Positions 34,205-42,984 of a stretch of 64,000 nucleotides of DNA are shown here, in pieces. The translations under genes were made by a program, and so were the position numbers. The notes under the pieces are model-generated. The model did not search any database and was not told the origin of the DNA. It saw only the letters and a program-made list of their open reading frames with translations. How positions within the stretch are numbered: position 1 is the stretch's first letter; each line of letters begins with the position of its first letter. Origin of the DNA: Escherichia phage SUT_E420; the sequence record OQ990039; one strand, given 5' to 3'.

Positions 34205-34964
34205 ACTGAACTGGAACGTAGAAGGTGTAACCGAGTCTCTGAAAGCAAAAGCCACTGCTCTGGGTGTTTCTGTAATCTCTCAAGAACAAGTAGCCGCTAT
34301 CGCCGCTGAACTGGCTGCTGAAACTGGCAAAGATGTTACCGCTCGCTCTGTTGGCTCTAAACTGCGTAAAGAAGGTTTTGAAGTACAGAAAGCTAACGAA
34401 GTACAGAAATCCCCGTGGACTCCTGAGCAGGAAGCTGAACTGGTTGATTTCCTGAACGCTCATGCTGGTCAGTATACCTATGCTGAAATCGCTGCTGCTG
34501 TAGCTGGTGGTCAGTTCGGTGCTAAGCAGGTACAGGGTAAGATTCTGAGCCTGGAAATGACCGCTTCTGTTAAACCAACTGAAAAAGCTGCTGCTGTTCG
34601 TTCCTTTACTCCGGATGAAGAAACTGATTTTGTTAATCAGGTTGTTGCTGGTGCTACTATTGAAGCTATCGCTGCTCACTTCGGTCGCAATATTAAGCAG
34701 ATCCGTGGTAAAGCTCTGAGTCTGCTTCGTGAAGGTCGTATCGCTGCTATGCCGGTACAGGAAACCTCAAGTGCTAAAACTCGTGAAGATCTGTTAGAAG
34801 GTCTGGATCTGGTTAACATGACTGTTGCTGAGATCGCTGAGAAAACTGGTAAATCTGAGCGCGGTGTTAAATCTATGCTGTCTCGTCGTGGTCTGGTTGC
34901 TAAGGACTATGATGGTGCCGCTAAGCGTGCTAAACTGGATGCAAAAGCTGCGGCTGCTGAATAA
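34197..34964 (+). CDS. abundant-type protein with 3-4 tandem HTH-like repeats, putative DNA-binding protein (255 aa)
   Basis: Internal repeats (...ARSVGSKLRKEGF / ...AKQVQGKILSL / ...IKQIRGKALSLLREG / ...ERGVKSMLSRRGL); strong high-expression codon bias. Confidence 0.5.
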   Translation: MSKLNWNVEGVTESLKAKATALGVSVISQEQVAAIAAELAAETGKDVTARSVGSKLRKEGFEVQKANEVQKSPWTPEQEAELVDFLNAHAGQYTYAEIAAAVAGGQFGAKQVQGKILSLEMTASVKPTEKAAAVRSFTPDEETDFVNQVVAGATIEAIAAHFGRNIKQIRGKALSLLREGRIAAMPVQETSSAKTREDLLEGLDLVNMTVAEIAEKTGKSERGVKSMLSRRGLVAKDYDGAAKRAKLDAKAAAAE

Positions 34965-34981
34965 TCTGGTAAATTAAACCT

Positions 34982-35018
34982 AAGGGGAGGGGGCTATGCT
35001 CCTTCCCCTTTTTGCATT
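34982..35018 (+). terminator. rho-independent terminator
   Basis: Stem AAGGGGA/TCCCCTT followed by TTTGCATTT, immediately after gene 34197-34964. Confidence 0.5.
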
Positions 35019-35046
35019 TAGAAGGCACGAAAGCGTGCAAAGGAGA

Positions 35047-36519
35047 ATGACCTTGTTTAACGTGCAAGCTGTAGTGTTGAAGATGCTTCTAGCTTCCGAA
35101 CAGAAGCAAATAGCATTGGAAACATTCTCAAAACTGCATAAAGATCATTTTAATGACGCTTTCTCCTCAATTTACCAAGCCGTCCAGAATTATTATAAAA
35201 AATATAACACAATGCCGTCCATTGACGCACTTATGCTTGAAGCTAATAGGAACGCCCGCCTTTCTCAAGCCCTAGTCGTCTTAGCTAACACTCAAATTCC
35301 AGAAGTGAGCATGGAACAGGCACTTGAAGTCCTAGAGGCCGAGTATACACAGGATTTATTCCTGAAGCTTCTAGAAACAGACGTGCTTCAAGATTTAACA
35401 ATGCTGGATCAGGGAGAAATTCTCAACCGAGTTGCCTCCCTTCACTTAAAATTAGAAGAGAAAGTAACGAATACTGGAAAAGTATTCAACGCAGATAACA
35501 TGCGTATTTTCCAGAGAGAAGAAGATACCAAACTGAACTTAATCGCTCTTGGTATTTGTAATGAGTTCGATGCTCAAATTGGTTTAGCTCGCACAGAAAC
35601 GTTACTGCTTGGTGGTTGGCGTGGTACTGGTAAATCCATTATCTGTTCAAACATACAGGTTCAGCAATATTTGAATGGAGATATTGCTCCATACTTCTCA
35701 ATTGAGATGAAAGAACATGAAGTATTTAGACGTAATCTAGCCATGTTAGCCGGGGTATCAGCACTAGCAATGCGTAATAATACTCTAGAAGGTGCAGCTC
35801 TATTGAGATTAGCCAGAACTAGAGCTAGAATGTTCAACGGGGGTGAAGAGCTTTTCGATAACTTCGTTAAACAGTATACAATGGCTAAGATGAGTGATTT
35901 CTACGATATGGAGAGTAAGCTAATAGAGGGGTATGAACTACATACTCCTATGATTATCGTTTATGACCCTGAACTGTCCATTACAACAGTTGACGTAGAA
36001 TTAAATAAATTAGTTGCTAGATATGGTGATAAAGTTACAGTAGCTTTACTGGACTATATTAACCAAACCCGACTTCCAGATTCTAAAACCATTGATATGT
36101 ATGACTGGAAGGAACAGATGGTTGTTAGCTCGTCTTTCAAATCCATCTGCCAGAAACATAACGTGGCTGGCGTAGCTCCCTACCAGATCGATCAAGATGG
36201 TAGAACACGTATGTCAAAGGGGATTCTTGATTCCGCAGACATGGCTGCTAATCTTAATGCTGCTAAAGCTGATAATGGTCAAGGTGCTATTATGTTTGAC
36301 TTTGTTAAGACTCGTTCTTCTGATAGCGTGAAGTTTATGCCTAAAATGAATTGGGAAACTCTGCGAATGGATAATACTACCAACCTAGCAATGGAAGATA
36401 TATCTCAAATGGAAGCTGAGTTCGTTATCCCTATTGAGAAGGATAAGCCGGCTCAACCTAAACGTGCTAAGAAAGACAAAACTGAAAATTCAACAGGTGA
36501 ACAGGCCAGCGATATATGA
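35047..36519 (+). CDS. DnaB-like replicative helicase (about 490 aa)
   Basis: Walker A GGWRGTGKS, DnaB-type SIEM motif, Walker B-like MIIVYD; start set at ATG 35047 (ribosome-binding site AAAGGAGA); the track start 34996 lies inside the terminator hairpin. Confidence 0.6.
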   Translation: MTLFNVQAVVLKMLLASEQKQIALETFSKLHKDHFNDAFSSIYQAVQNYYKKYNTMPSIDALMLEANRNARLSQALVVLANTQIPEVSMEQALEVLEAEYTQDLFLKLLETDVLQDLTMLDQGEILNRVASLHLKLEEKVTNTGKVFNADNMRIFQREEDTKLNLIALGICNEFDAQIGLARTETLLLGGWRGTGKSIICSNIQVQQYLNGDIAPYFSIEMKEHEVFRRNLAMLAGVSALAMRNNTLEGAALLRLARTRARMFNGGEELFDNFVKQYTMAKMSDFYDMESKLIEGYELHTPMIIVYDPELSITTVDVELNKLVARYGDKVTVALLDYINQTRLPDSKTIDMYDWKEQMVVSSSFKSICQKHNVAGVAPYQIDQDGRTRMSKGILDSADMAANLNAAKADNGQGAIMFDFVKTRSSDSVKFMPKMNWETLRMDNTTNLAMEDISQMEAEFVIPIEKDKPAQPKRAKKDKTENSTGEQASDI

Positions 36520-37406
36520 GTAGAATAACAGAACTACTTGATCTGAAAGGCATTGAATATAAAGACACAGGTGGGGACATCCTCATCTGTTGTCTCAATC
36601 CAGATCATGACGATAAACACCCAAGTTTGCGTATTGATCCTGAAACAGGTATTATGCACTGCTTGAGTTGTGGCTTCGGTAAAGGTATACCGAGCATTTA
36701 CCATTATTTTAATGAGACTCAGTACCGACAGTCTCCAAGACTATCGCAGGTACGTAAAAAGATTTCAGAGATTAGGAATGGATCTACAAATCTTGCAATT
36801 CCTGAATCTGCTTACCTTTTCGAAGGTGATTTCCGAGGTATAAGTTCTAAGACCTTGAAGAAATACTTTGCTTTCCAACACCAAGCAGACTGGGAAGGCA
36901 GAATTGTATTCCCAATCACAGATGCTGTTGGACGCAATATCCTATTTTTGGGTCGTTCTATAAACAGTTCTGCCCCTCCTAAATACTTAGTAAAACCAAA
37001 ACAAGTTTCACCACCGATTTTCCCTGTACGATATAATACTCCAGTTCTTATTCTAGTTGAAGGTATCTTTGATATGCTGAACCTAGAGGATAATGGTATA
37101 GACTATGCTTCTTGCTGCTTTGGTACACATCAGTTTACTTCAGATAACATTGCAGATAAGTTTAGCCCTTATATTATTGCTGGTGTAAAAGTTGTTGTTA
37201 TCTTACTAGATAATGATGCTTCTGGTAATAAAGCTGCACAAGCGTTGGCCAAGCTAATTCGTACAAAAACGCGTTTAACACCTGTAGTGGCTAACTTTCT
37301 TCTACCCGAAGGTAAAGACCCTGGTGACTTAAATAAAGAAGAAATTGATATGTTAGCAAAACGTATTGAAATTTTAGTTGCTGAATCGCTTAAAGATTTG
37401 GTATAA
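36516..37406 (+). CDS. DNA primase (zinc-binding plus Toprim)
   Basis: Zn-binding CCLNPDHDDKHPSL...CLSCGFG followed by Toprim DxD (VVILLDNDASGNKAAQ). Confidence 0.7.
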   Translation: MSRITELLDLKGIEYKDTGGDILICCLNPDHDDKHPSLRIDPETGIMHCLSCGFGKGIPSIYHYFNETQYRQSPRLSQVRKKISEIRNGSTNLAIPESAYLFEGDFRGISSKTLKKYFAFQHQADWEGRIVFPITDAVGRNILFLGRSINSSAPPKYLVKPKQVSPPIFPVRYNTPVLILVEGIFDMLNLEDNGIDYASCCFGTHQFTSDNIADKFSPYIIAGVKVVVILLDNDASGNKAAQALAKLIRTKTRLTPVVANFLLPEGKDPGDLNKEEIDMLAKRIEILVAESLKDLV

Positions 37407-37468
37407 TATATTGGTAAGTTAGAGAAGAAACACTGAAGTTATACTTACTTACCAAGAGGAGATTAAAT

Positions 37469-39661
37469 TTGAAAATCGCAGTAGTTGATAAAGCTCTAAA
37501 TAACACTCGTTACGATAAACATTTCCAGCTATACGGCGAGGAAGTTGATGTATTTCATATGTGTAACGAGAAGTTATCTGGTCGTTTGCTTAAAAAGCAC
37601 ATTACTATTGGAACACCAGAAAATCCATTTGATCCGAATGATTACGATTTTGTTATACTAGTAGGTGCTGAACCTTTCCTGTATTTCGCAGGTAAGAAAG
37701 GCATTGGTGACTATACTGGTAAACGTGTAGAATATAATGGATATGCTAACTGGATTGCAAGTATCAGCCCAGCCCAGTTACACTTTAAGCCTGAAATGAA
37801 ACCAGTTTTCGATGCAACAGTAGAGAATATCCACGATATTATCAATGGTCGTGAAAAGATTGCAAAAGCTGGTGATTACCGTCCTATTACTGACCCTGAT
37901 GAGGCGGAAGAATATATCAAGATGGTGTATAATATGGTTATCGGACCTGTCGCATTCGACTCCGAAACCTCAGCACTATACTGTCGAGATGGTTATCTGC
38001 TTGGTGTTTCTATATCTCACCAAGAGTATCAGGGTGTATATATCGATTCTGATTGTCTCACAGAGGTTGCAGTATATTATCTCCAGAAAATTCTGGATAG
38101 TGAAAACCACACTATTGTTTTTCACAACTTGAAGTTTGATATGCACTTTTATAAGTACCATCTGGGACTTACTTTTGATAAAGCACATAAAGAACGCAGG
38201 CTCCATGATACAATGTTGCAGCATTATGTTCTAGATGAGCGTCGTGGTACTCATGGCTTGAAATCTCTAGCAATGAAGTATACCGATATGGGTGACTATG
38301 ACTTTGAACTAGATAAGTTCAAAGATGATTACTGCAAAGCACATAAAATCAAGAAAGAAGATTTCACCTATGATTTAATTCCGTTTGATATTATGTGGCC
38401 TTACGCTGCAAAAGATACCGATGCCACCATACGCTTGCACAACTTCTTCTTACCAAAAATTGAGAAGAATGAAAAACTTTGCAGTCTGTATTATGATGTT
38501 CTAATGCCTGGTTGTGTATTTCTCCAGCGTGTTGAGGATCGTGGTGTACCNNNNNNNNNNNNNNNNNNNNNNNNNNNNNNNNNNNNNNNNNNNNNNNNNN
38601 NNNNNNNNNNNNNNNNNNNNNNNNNNNNNNNNNNNNNNNNNNNNNNNNNNGGGTATCGTGTAATCGCATGGGACTTAACAACTGCGGAAGTTTATTATGC
38701 TGCTGTTCTATCTGGGGATAGAAATATGCAACAGGTATTTATCAATATGAGAAATGAACCTGATAAATACCCGGACTTCCACTCTAACATCGCACACATG
38801 GTATTTAAACTCCAATGCGAGCCTCGTGATGTTAAAAAGTTATTCCCAGCTCTGCGTCAGGCTGCTAAGGCAATTACCTTCGGTATTTTGTATGGTTCTG
38901 GCCCAGCTAAAGTAGCTCATTCTGTTAACGAAGCTCTTCTGGAACAGGCTGCTAAGACAGGAGAACCGTTTGTTGAATGTACTGTTGCGGATGCGAAGGA
39001 CTATATCGAAACTTACTTCGGTCAGTTCCCACAGCTTAAGCGTTGGATTGATAAGTGCCACGATCAGATTAAGAATCATGGATTTATCTATAGTCACTTT
39101 GGTCGTAAGCGTCGTCTGCACAATATCCACTCCGAAGACCGTGGTGTTCAGGGTGAAGAAATTCGTTCTGGATTTAACGCAATCATTCAGTCTGCTTCCT
39201 CTGATAGCCTCCTTTTAGGTGCTGTAGATGCAGATAATGAGATCATTTCTCTTGGCCTAGAACAAGAGATGAAGATTGTTATGCTGGTTCATGACTCCGT
39301 GGTTGCTATTGTTCGTGAGGATTTGATCGACCAATACAATGAAATCCTGATTCGTAATATTCAGAAAGACCGTGGTATCAGTATTCCTGGCTGTCCGATT
39401 GGTATTGATTCAGATTCTGAAGCTGGAGGTTCTCGTGACTATTCTTGTGGTAAGATGAAGAAACAGCACCCATCAATCGCTTGTATTGATGATGATGAAT
39501 ATACTCGTTATGTCAAGAGTGTATTACTTGATGCAGAGTTCGAGTATAAGAAACTAGCTGCAATGGATAAAGAGCATCCAGATCATAGCAAATACAAGGA
39601 TGATAAGTTTATTGCTGTATGTAAAGATTTGGATAACGTAAGAAGGATTCTCGGTGCTTGA
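37469..39661 (+). CDS. DNA polymerase, family A (internal assembly gap)
   Basis: TTG start; 3'-5' exonuclease motifs (FDSETSAL, YAAKDTD) before the gap; motif A-like WDLTTAEVYYAA, motif B RQAAKAITFGILYGSG and motif C LVHDS after it; palm/thumb region missing at 38551-38650. Confidence 0.85.
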   Translation: MKIAVVDKALNNTRYDKHFQLYGEEVDVFHMCNEKLSGRLLKKHITIGTPENPFDPNDYDFVILVGAEPFLYFAGKKGIGDYTGKRVEYNGYANWIASISPAQLHFKPEMKPVFDATVENIHDIINGREKIAKAGDYRPITDPDEAEEYIKMVYNMVIGPVAFDSETSALYCRDGYLLGVSISHQEYQGVYIDSDCLTEVAVYYLQKILDSENHTIVFHNLKFDMHFYKYHLGLTFDKAHKERRLHDTMLQHYVLDERRGTHGLKSLAMKYTDMGDYDFELDKFKDDYCKAHKIKKEDFTYDLIPFDIMWPYAAKDTDATIRLHNFFLPKIEKNEKLCSLYYDVLMPGCVFLQRVEDRGVXXXXXXXXXXXXXXXXXXXXXXXXXXXXXXXXXXGYRVIAWDLTTAEVYYAAVLSGDRNMQQVFINMRNEPDKYPDFHSNIAHMVFKLQCEPRDVKKLFPALRQAAKAITFGILYGSGPAKVAHSVNEALLEQAAKTGEPFVECTVADAKDYIETYFGQFPQLKRWIDKCHDQIKNHGFIYSHFGRKRRLHNIHSEDRGVQGEEIRSGFNAIIQSASSDSLLLGAVDADNEIISLGLEQEMKIVMLVHDSVVAIVREDLIDQYNEILIRNIQKDRGISIPGCPIGIDSDSEAGGSRDYSCGKMKKQHPSIACIDDDEYTRYVKSVLLDAEFEYKKLAAMDKEHPDHSKYKDDKFIAVCKDLDNVRRILGA
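38551..38650. other. assembly gap (100 N) without flanking duplication, inside the DNA polymerase gene
   Basis: Flanks differ; motif spacing implies roughly 150 missing residues. Confidence 0.8.
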
Positions 39662-40151
39662 TTTCAAATTGCCCGTCTATACGTTACGGGCGTTTGTATC
39701 AATTGAGCAAGAAGGTGATTATTCCGTAATTACAACAAGATATAATAAATATGTGCTAGATAACAGGAAGTTGCCTGGCACGTTTTCTCAACGTAGGCTC
39801 ATTCTATTTGAGAAACGGAAAGAATTACCGTACAAGCTCTATCCTATTAGAGGTAGAATATCAATGTTGTCCCAATTAGTTGGGTCAAAGCGTAGCCAAT
39901 TTATAGATTCTGATGGAAATCTTATTAATTGGAAGAAAACTACGTTCTATGATGTTGTTACCTCTAAAGTTTTGAATTCAGCTAGAATTTATAACGGAAA
40001 ATACCAATGCTATGTAGCTAAAGTTCCATACCCATTTGTATTATCCTATGTTCCAGCTTATATAAGCTATATTCTGGTAAATAATAGCCCTGTTATTTAT
40101 CAAGTCCATCAAGAGGAGCCTGAAATTCCTAGACTTAGAATAAAATTATGA
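39654..40151 (+). CDS. hypothetical protein (165 aa, GTG start)
   Basis: AT-rich ORF between polymerase and helicase genes. Confidence 0.4.
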   Translation: MLDFKLPVYTLRAFVSIEQEGDYSVITTRYNKYVLDNRKLPGTFSQRRLILFEKRKELPYKLYPIRGRISMLSQLVGSKRSQFIDSDGNLINWKKTTFYDVVTSKVLNSARIYNGKYQCYVAKVPYPFVLSYVPAYISYILVNNSPVIYQVHQEEPEIPRLRIKL

Positions 40152-41500
40152 AGGTTGTTATATCTAATAAAGCCTATTTCAAGCCCGATGATGAACTTTG
40201 GGATTATTGTAGTAAGCAAACCACTTATCACATAGAGACAATGACTAGTAAATACCCTATTATGTATAAGAATAGTGGTGTTGTTGCTAAAGAGATTAAG
40301 TGGATTCCTATCACGCGTCTGGATTTATTAGATGCTAAAGGAGTAAAATACGAATTAGTAGATAAACGTACATTAGCTCCGGTAGATATACCAAAACCTA
40401 AGTTCAAGCTGCGTGAAGAAGACCAGCTCCCAATATATGAAGAGTGCGATGATACCTGTATTATTAATGGTAAGCCTGGGTTTGGTAAAACTATCCTAGC
40501 CCTTGCACTTGCGTATAAATTTGGCCAGAAAACTTTGGTAATCTGTACGAATACATCCATTCGTGAAATGTGGGCAGCAGAAGTTCGTAAATGGTTTGGG
40601 TTTGAACCGGGCATTATAGGTTCTGGGAAATACAATATTGATCCACCAATTGTAGTCAGTAATATTCAAACAGTGAATAAACATGCGAATAATCTTTCTA
40701 AAGTATTCGGTACTGTTATAGTTGATGAAGTTCACCATTGTGTGGCTACAACTTTCACCAACTTCCTAGAAATATCATGTGCTCGCTATAAGATTGGACT
40801 ATCTGGAACATTAAAACGGAAAGATGGTCTACAAGTTATGTTCAAAGATTTCTTTGGATATAAGATCTTTAGCCCACCGGTTAATAATACTGTTGCACCT
40901 ACAATCCATAGGTACTCCGTGCCTGTTGAGTTATCAGGAAACCAAAACGTACCATGGGCATTACGTGCTAATGATGTGTATAACCATCCTGAATATCGAG
41001 AGACTATTATAAACTTAGCACACTTATACGTGAATATGGGGCATAAAGTACTCATTGTAAGTGACAGAACAGAGTTAATCCAAACAGTACTAGAAGCTCT
41101 CGCACAGCGTGGTGTTACAACATATGAAATTATAGGGGCAACCCACTTGGATGACCGATTAAAAATTCAGGAAAATATAGCAAAAGGTGGGCCTTGTGTA
41201 CTTGCAGCAGCTCAAAGTATCTTCTCTGAAGGTATTTCCCTTAATGAGCTATCTTGTTTAATAATGGGGAGTCTCATTAATAATGAATCTCTCATTGAAC
41301 AGCTTGCAGGACGTGTTCAACGTATTGTCGATGGTAAACTCGACCCTATTGTTGTAGATCTAATTATGAAAGGTGGCACTGGACTAAGACAGGCTTCTGG
41401 ACGTATGGCAGTATATCGTAACAACGGGTGGAAAACTATTACCATGACTCCTGAGAAAGCAGTTCAATTAGCTAAAATTGCATTTGGCAACAGCTCATAA
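40148..41500 (+). CDS. SF2 DEAH-box helicase (T5 D10-like)
   Basis: 450 aa; Walker A GKPGFGKT, DEAH box VIVDEVHH, C-terminal helicase motifs. Confidence 0.7.
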   Translation: MKVVISNKAYFKPDDELWDYCSKQTTYHIETMTSKYPIMYKNSGVVAKEIKWIPITRLDLLDAKGVKYELVDKRTLAPVDIPKPKFKLREEDQLPIYEECDDTCIINGKPGFGKTILALALAYKFGQKTLVICTNTSIREMWAAEVRKWFGFEPGIIGSGKYNIDPPIVVSNIQTVNKHANNLSKVFGTVIVDEVHHCVATTFTNFLEISCARYKIGLSGTLKRKDGLQVMFKDFFGYKIFSPPVNNTVAPTIHRYSVPVELSGNQNVPWALRANDVYNHPEYRETIINLAHLYVNMGHKVLIVSDRTELIQTVLEALAQRGVTTYEIIGATHLDDRLKIQENIAKGGPCVLAAAQSIFSEGISLNELSCLIMGSLINNESLIEQLAGRVQRIVDGKLDPIVVDLIMKGGTGLRQASGRMAVYRNNGWKTITMTPEKAVQLAKIAFGNSS

Positions 41501-41512
41501 ATGATGTATAAT
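41484..41512 (+). promoter_or_regulatory. sigma70-type early promoter (plus): -35 TTGGCA, 17-bp spacer, -10 TATAAT
   Basis: Overlaps the end of the helicase gene; followed by the family leader. Confidence 0.6.
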
Positions 41513-41583
41513 ATATACATAAATTTGAGAGAGAAAGTTTCGGATTGATAAGAAAGTCCGAAGCAGAAAAATAAAAATTTTAG

Positions 41584-41613
41584 TTGCTAAATTCTCTCGA
41601 AATCTAGTATAAT
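41584..41613 (+). promoter_or_regulatory. sigma70-type early promoter (plus): -35 TTGCTA, 18-bp spacer, -10 TATAAT
   Basis: Second tandem promoter about 100 bp downstream of 41484-41512. Confidence 0.6.
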
Positions 41614-41720
41614 ATATACATAAATTCGAGGAGAAAACAAAAATTAAATTCTTCGATTATGAAAAGCTATACTTACTAGCTAGAGGAAATTCCGACCTAA
41701 TTATCAAGCTATTCAAAAGA

Positions 41721-42005
41721 ATGCTTACAGAGCCTGATGCTCATCAATTATTGGTCGGTTCCTCATTCATTTTGAATGAATCAACAATAGTTGATAATCC
41801 AAATAAATTGTCTAATAGACAACTGGCAGAATATCTAGGAATTTTAAGTCTACGAAATTATGCCGAATACAAGTTTACAAACGATCCTAGTTTGGACATA
41901 CAATATGTTCCAGTATGGATACCACGTTTAGTAATCGACACTAACCCACTAATCGCAATTAACAAATCGAAATTAATCTTTAAAGAGGAAATAAAATATG
42001 GCTAA
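41721..42005 (+). CDS. hypothetical protein (94 aa)
   Basis: ORF in track; no motif. Confidence 0.35.
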   Translation: MLTEPDAHQLLVGSSFILNESTIVDNPNKLSNRQLAEYLGILSLRNYAEYKFTNDPSLDIQYVPVWIPRLVIDTNPLIAINKSKLIFKEEIKYG

Positions 42006-42771
42006 GTCTTGGGGCGAAACTACTGGCGGTTCTAACGATAAAATCGAATTCCTGAAGTTCAACAACGGTATCACTCGTGTTCGTATCGTTTCTGGTGTTC
42101 TTCCACGTTATGTCTATTGGCTGACTAATAAAGAGGGTAACGTAGCTCCTTTCGAATGTCTCCGTTTTAACCGTGACAAAGAGAGCTTTGTTCGTGGTAA
42201 AGCTGATCCGGTTCATGAGATGGGCTTCTTCGAGAAAGAGCTGGATAAAGATGGTAATCGTGTTCCGCTGAAACCGAAGAAAAACTATATCGCTTTTGTT
42301 ATCGACCGTTCTGATAACAAACTGAAAGTAATGGAAGTCAAGGCTACTATTCTGAAAGGCATCCAGTCTATCATGAAGCAGCTGAGCCTGGCAACTCCGT
42401 TTGATATTGATATTTCTATCGAGAAAAAAGGTAAAGGTTTCGATACTGAGTATGATGTACAGCAGATTGCTGCTATGCAGTTCCAGATTAAGCTGCAAGA
42501 TCCTAACAGTGCAGAATCTAAGCAATATGCTGCAGATGTAGATCTGATCGGTGAAGCTATGTGTGATGAAGATGGCGACATCATTAAGTTCGAAAAAGTT
42601 CCTTCTCTGGAACAAACCTATCCGGTTCCTACCTATGAAGAGCAGAAAGAAGCAATTCTAGCCTTCATGGAAGGTCGTGAGAATAAAGATGATGATGCCA
42701 AATCTGGTAATAGCAATGCAGGCTCCCAGAAAGGTATTGACACAGAAGCTGCAAGCGATCTGGATGACTAA
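41998..42771 (+). CDS. highly expressed early protein (T5 D11-position), function unknown (257 aa)
   Basis: Ribosome-binding site AAAGAGGAAA, strong high-expression codon bias, acidic C-terminal tail (EAASDLDD); followed by a terminator. Confidence 0.5.
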   Translation: MAKSWGETTGGSNDKIEFLKFNNGITRVRIVSGVLPRYVYWLTNKEGNVAPFECLRFNRDKESFVRGKADPVHEMGFFEKELDKDGNRVPLKPKKNYIAFVIDRSDNKLKVMEVKATILKGIQSIMKQLSLATPFDIDISIEKKGKGFDTEYDVQQIAAMQFQIKLQDPNSAESKQYAADVDLIGEAMCDEDGDIIKFEKVPSLEQTYPVPTYEEQKEAILAFMEGRENKDDDAKSGNSNAGSQKGIDTEAASDLDD

Positions 42772-42796
42772 TAAATAGAGGGGCTTCGGCCCCTTT

Positions 42797-42896
42797 NNNN
42801 NNNNNNNNNNNNNNNNNNNNNNNNNNNNNNNNNNNNNNNNNNNNNNNNNNNNNNNNNNNNNNNNNNNNNNNNNNNNNNNNNNNNNNNNNNNNNNNN
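42797..42896. other. assembly gap (100 N) flanked by identical 77-bp copies
   Basis: 42720-42796 is identical to 42897-42973. Confidence 0.85.
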
Positions 42897-42956
42897 AGGC
42901 TCCCAGAAAGGTATTGACACAGAAGCTGCAAGCGATCTGGATGACTAATAAATAGA

Positions 42957-42979
42957 GGGGCTTCGGCCCCTTTCTTTTT
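42957..42979 (+). terminator. rho-independent terminator (GGGGC-TTCG-GCCCC plus T-run)
   Basis: GC stem with TTCG tetraloop followed by TTTCTTTTT; the first copy at 42780-42796 is truncated by the gap. Confidence 0.7.
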
Positions 42980-42984
42980 AACCA

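Noticed and set aside
34170-34679. Minus-strand ORF of 169 aa overlapping gene 34197-34964.
   Set aside because: The plus-strand gene has a ribosome-binding site, strong codon bias and internal repeats; the antisense ORF is Ser/Phe-rich with no start context.
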